From Hemiscyllium ocellatum (Eukaryota): DNA of 64,000 bases. A model generated the notes under the pieces. The model was given only the letters and a program-made list of their open reading frames with translations. It did not search any database and was not told the DNA's origin. The stretch's first letter is position 1, and each line of letters begins with the position of its first letter. Positions 61,260-64,000 of this stretch are shown piece after piece. Location of the stretch: positions 124,001-188,000 of the forward strand of contig NW_026869259.1 of the NCBI RefSeq assembly GCF_020745735.1, given 5' to 3'. A program made the position numbers and the translations under genes.

Positions 61260-63000
61260 CCCAGTAAACATGGACTTCACTTCACGGAGCTGCCCAATGG
61301 AGAGACATGGGCCTCCTTCCCATTGAACCTCCCAAAAGAGACCAGTAAACATGGGCTTCCTTCCCATTCAATCTCCCAACAGAGTCCAGTAAACATAGAA
61401 TTCCATTCACAGGACTGACCAATGGAGAGACATGGGCCTCCTTCTCACTGAATTGAGACCAGTAAGCATGGGCCTCCTTCCTGTTGGATCCTCCAATACA
61501 GACCACTAAACATTGGTTTCCTTCCTACTGTACTCTCCAAGAGAGACCAGTAAACATGGACCTCCTTCTGACTGGATCCTCCAATAGAGACCAGTAAACA
61601 TGGGCCCCCTATTCACTGGAGTTTCCGATGGAGACGAGTAGATGACTGAGTTTTTGAAGAAGTAATCAAGAAGGTAGATAAAGGTAGAGCAGTACACTTT
61701 GGCTACATGGGCTTTAGCAAGGCCTTAGACAAGGTTCCCTATGGTAGACTGCTCAGTAAGATTATATCATAGAGGATCCAGGGAGAGCTCACCAATTGGA
61801 TATAAAATTGGCCTGATGGTAGGAGGCTGAGGCTGGTGAGAGAGGGTTGTTCTTCAGACTGGAGGCCAGTGACCAACTGTCTGTCACAAGAATCGATCCT
61901 GGATCCACTGTTGTTCATCATTTACATGAACAATTTGGATGAGAAAATAGCAGGAATAGGTCAGGAAGTTTGTGGCTGACATTAAATTGTTGGCATTGTA
62001 GCAGGGAAGAAGGTTATCTAAGAGTGCAATGTCATCTTGATCAACTGGGCCAGTGGGTCAAAATCCAGATGGAGTTTAATTCCGATAAATGGAAGGAGTT
62101 GCATTTTGGTAAGACAAAACAGGGCAGGAATTACACAATTAATGGTAGAGCCATGGGGAGTGTTGTTGAACAGAGAGACTGAGGGGTACAGGTACCTAAT
62201 TCCTTGGAAGTGGTGTCACAGGTAGACAGGGTGGTGAAGAAGGTATTTGGCACCTCACTTTCACTGTCAAATCAGGGAGTACAGGAGCTGTACAAGGCAT
62301 TGGGAAGGCCACATTTGGACACAGTGTGCATTTCTGCTCACCCTTCCAAAGGAAGGAAGTTATTACACTGGTTTGGATAAAAGAAAGATGAACAGGGATG
62401 TTATCAAGATTGGAGGGTTTGAATGACAAGACGAGGATGAATAGGCCGAGATGTTTTTCCAGGAAATTCAGGAGATTAAGGGTGACCTTATAGAGGTTTA
62501 TAGAATCATGAGGGTCAAAGCTAAAGTGAATAGCCAAAGTCTTTTCCCCAGGGTAGGAGAGTCCAGTACGAAAAGGAATAGGTTAAAGGAATAGGGAAAG
62601 AATTAGAAGGAAACTGAGGGGCAACATTTTCACTCAGAGGTTAGTGTGTATGTGTAATGAGCTGCCAGAGGAAATGGGAGAGGTGAGTACAATTACTACA
62701 TTTCAAGGACATTTTTACAGGAACATGGATAGGAAGGATTTAGAGAGGATTGGGCCAAACACAGGCAAATGGGACTAGTTCAGTTTTGGATACTTGGTCG
62801 GCATGGATGAGTTGAGCTGAAGGGCCTGATCCCATGCTGTAAATCTGTGATAATATATACATTGACCACCTTCCCATAGAACCAGTAAACATGGACCTAT
62901 TTCCACTGGAACCTCCAATAGACACCAATAAACATGGACCTCCTTCCCACTGGATGCTCCAGAAGAGACCAGTAAACATGGGCCTCCTTCTCTCGAGACT
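61260..63000. repeat. ~44-bp minisatellite (gaccagtaaacatgggcctccttcc...) at 61260-61620 and 62870-63000
   Basis: cagtaaacat recurs, e.g. at 61343 and 61387. Confidence 0.8.
61630..62860 (+). mobile_element. CR1 ORF2 3' fragment inserted in a minisatellite
   Basis: Degenerate RT and C-terminal motifs; the same ~44-bp repeat lies on both sides. Confidence 0.85.
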
Positions 63001-64000
63001 ATCCAGTACCTGAGCTGCAAACCGCACATCTTCTCCATCACGTAGGTCGTTTATTTCAATCTCAGCGACATTGTCTGTCTCTGCACTACCTCAGCCTCTT
63101 GACCACAGAAAGTCCAATTCCTGCTCGTCCTGCCCCCTAACTCTATGATTACAATGTCCTCTCTCCCGCGTACTGAAGCCATAAACCCTAACTTGTCTAA
63201 TATGCAGTGGCCCCTTACCTGTCTTACTCATTTGTCATTCCAGAATGACCCCTGACCTCACTGCCAGTCAATTGCCTCGATGACCTCCCTCCTCCTCACT
63301 CTGTGTTCTGCTGCAGACTCACGTTCCCTCCCTCTCCCTTCCATCTTCTGTCTCTGGTCTACTTCCGATTGCGGTTTACTCCATCCCACTATTGACAACA
63401 GAGCCTTCAGACCCCTTGAGCATGCTCTCTGACCTCCTGCCCTTCATCCCTTTCCCACTCAATGGTTGTGCTATTGAATATCCTGTTCAGTGCCATCACT
63501 TTTGGTTCACTGTTCCCTTGTCATTGATTTGATGAATTATTCCACATCAGTAAATCTAGTCTGGCCTGTTCCCTGAGTTGGTTCAAGAGTGTTTTCCTTG
63601 AGAGAAACACTCTTCTGTAAACTGGGTTGTCTGTTTCTCCAGTCTTTGTGTAAAGGTGAGTCTAAGTGTGTGTGAGCTCTTATACAGAACAGACAGTGGT
63701 CACTGGGCCTATTGTGAGTGTCAGTCAAATGAGTCCAATGAGTCCCATTTCCTCAGCCCTTCCTGTATAACCCTGCAATTATTTCCTTTTCAGCTATTTC
63801 TCCAAATGCCTTTTGAAAGTTGCTGTTGAATCCACTTCCACTCACCTTGCAGACAGTCATCATGAACTCGCTGGATAAAAATGTTCCTATCTTCTCTCTT
63901 GTGCTTCAGACCCTTTCTGAAATGTGTGCCCTCTGGTTACTGACCCTCCTGCCTGGAGAAACAATTTGTCCTGTATTTACTGCATCCAGACTCTCTAATT

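Noticed and set aside
196-63728. Most remaining short ORFs in the supplied track
   Set aside because: They are LINE/PLE/SINE fragments, their antisense frames, or low-complexity sequence, with no host-gene features.

Overview
Elasmobranch (shark-like) genomic DNA from an immunoglobulin kappa-type light-chain region (nurse-shark NS4/type III-like), embedded in dense retroelements: CR1/HER1 LINE fragments, HE1-type and DeuSINE-type SINEs, and Penelope-like elements. It holds one intact C-kappa exon (+, 4442-4770) whose V/J were not found in the window. It also holds a complete but dead unrearranged leader-V-12RSS...23RSS-J...C cluster (-, 48166-59062), an orphan frameshifted C exon (-, 32586-32979) and a 5'-truncated C fragment (-, 19711-19797). 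The three full C exons each sit at the head of an 11-15 kb duplicated 3' unit, and units 1 and 2 form a tail-to-tail inverted duplication. Inside these otherwise diverged units three non-coding features recur in the same order. First, a phased CCAAT / PBX-PREP / IRF / E-box module lies just after the poly(A) site. Second, a 136-bp block about 98% identical across copies lies 5-12 kb downstream. Third, a CTCF core motif lies 0.3-0.45 kb further on, pointing back toward its own C exon. These are candidate per-cluster enhancer/insulator elements and are the most interesting signal here; their function is inferred, not shown. Repeat family names and boundaries are from recognition by eye and are approximate.
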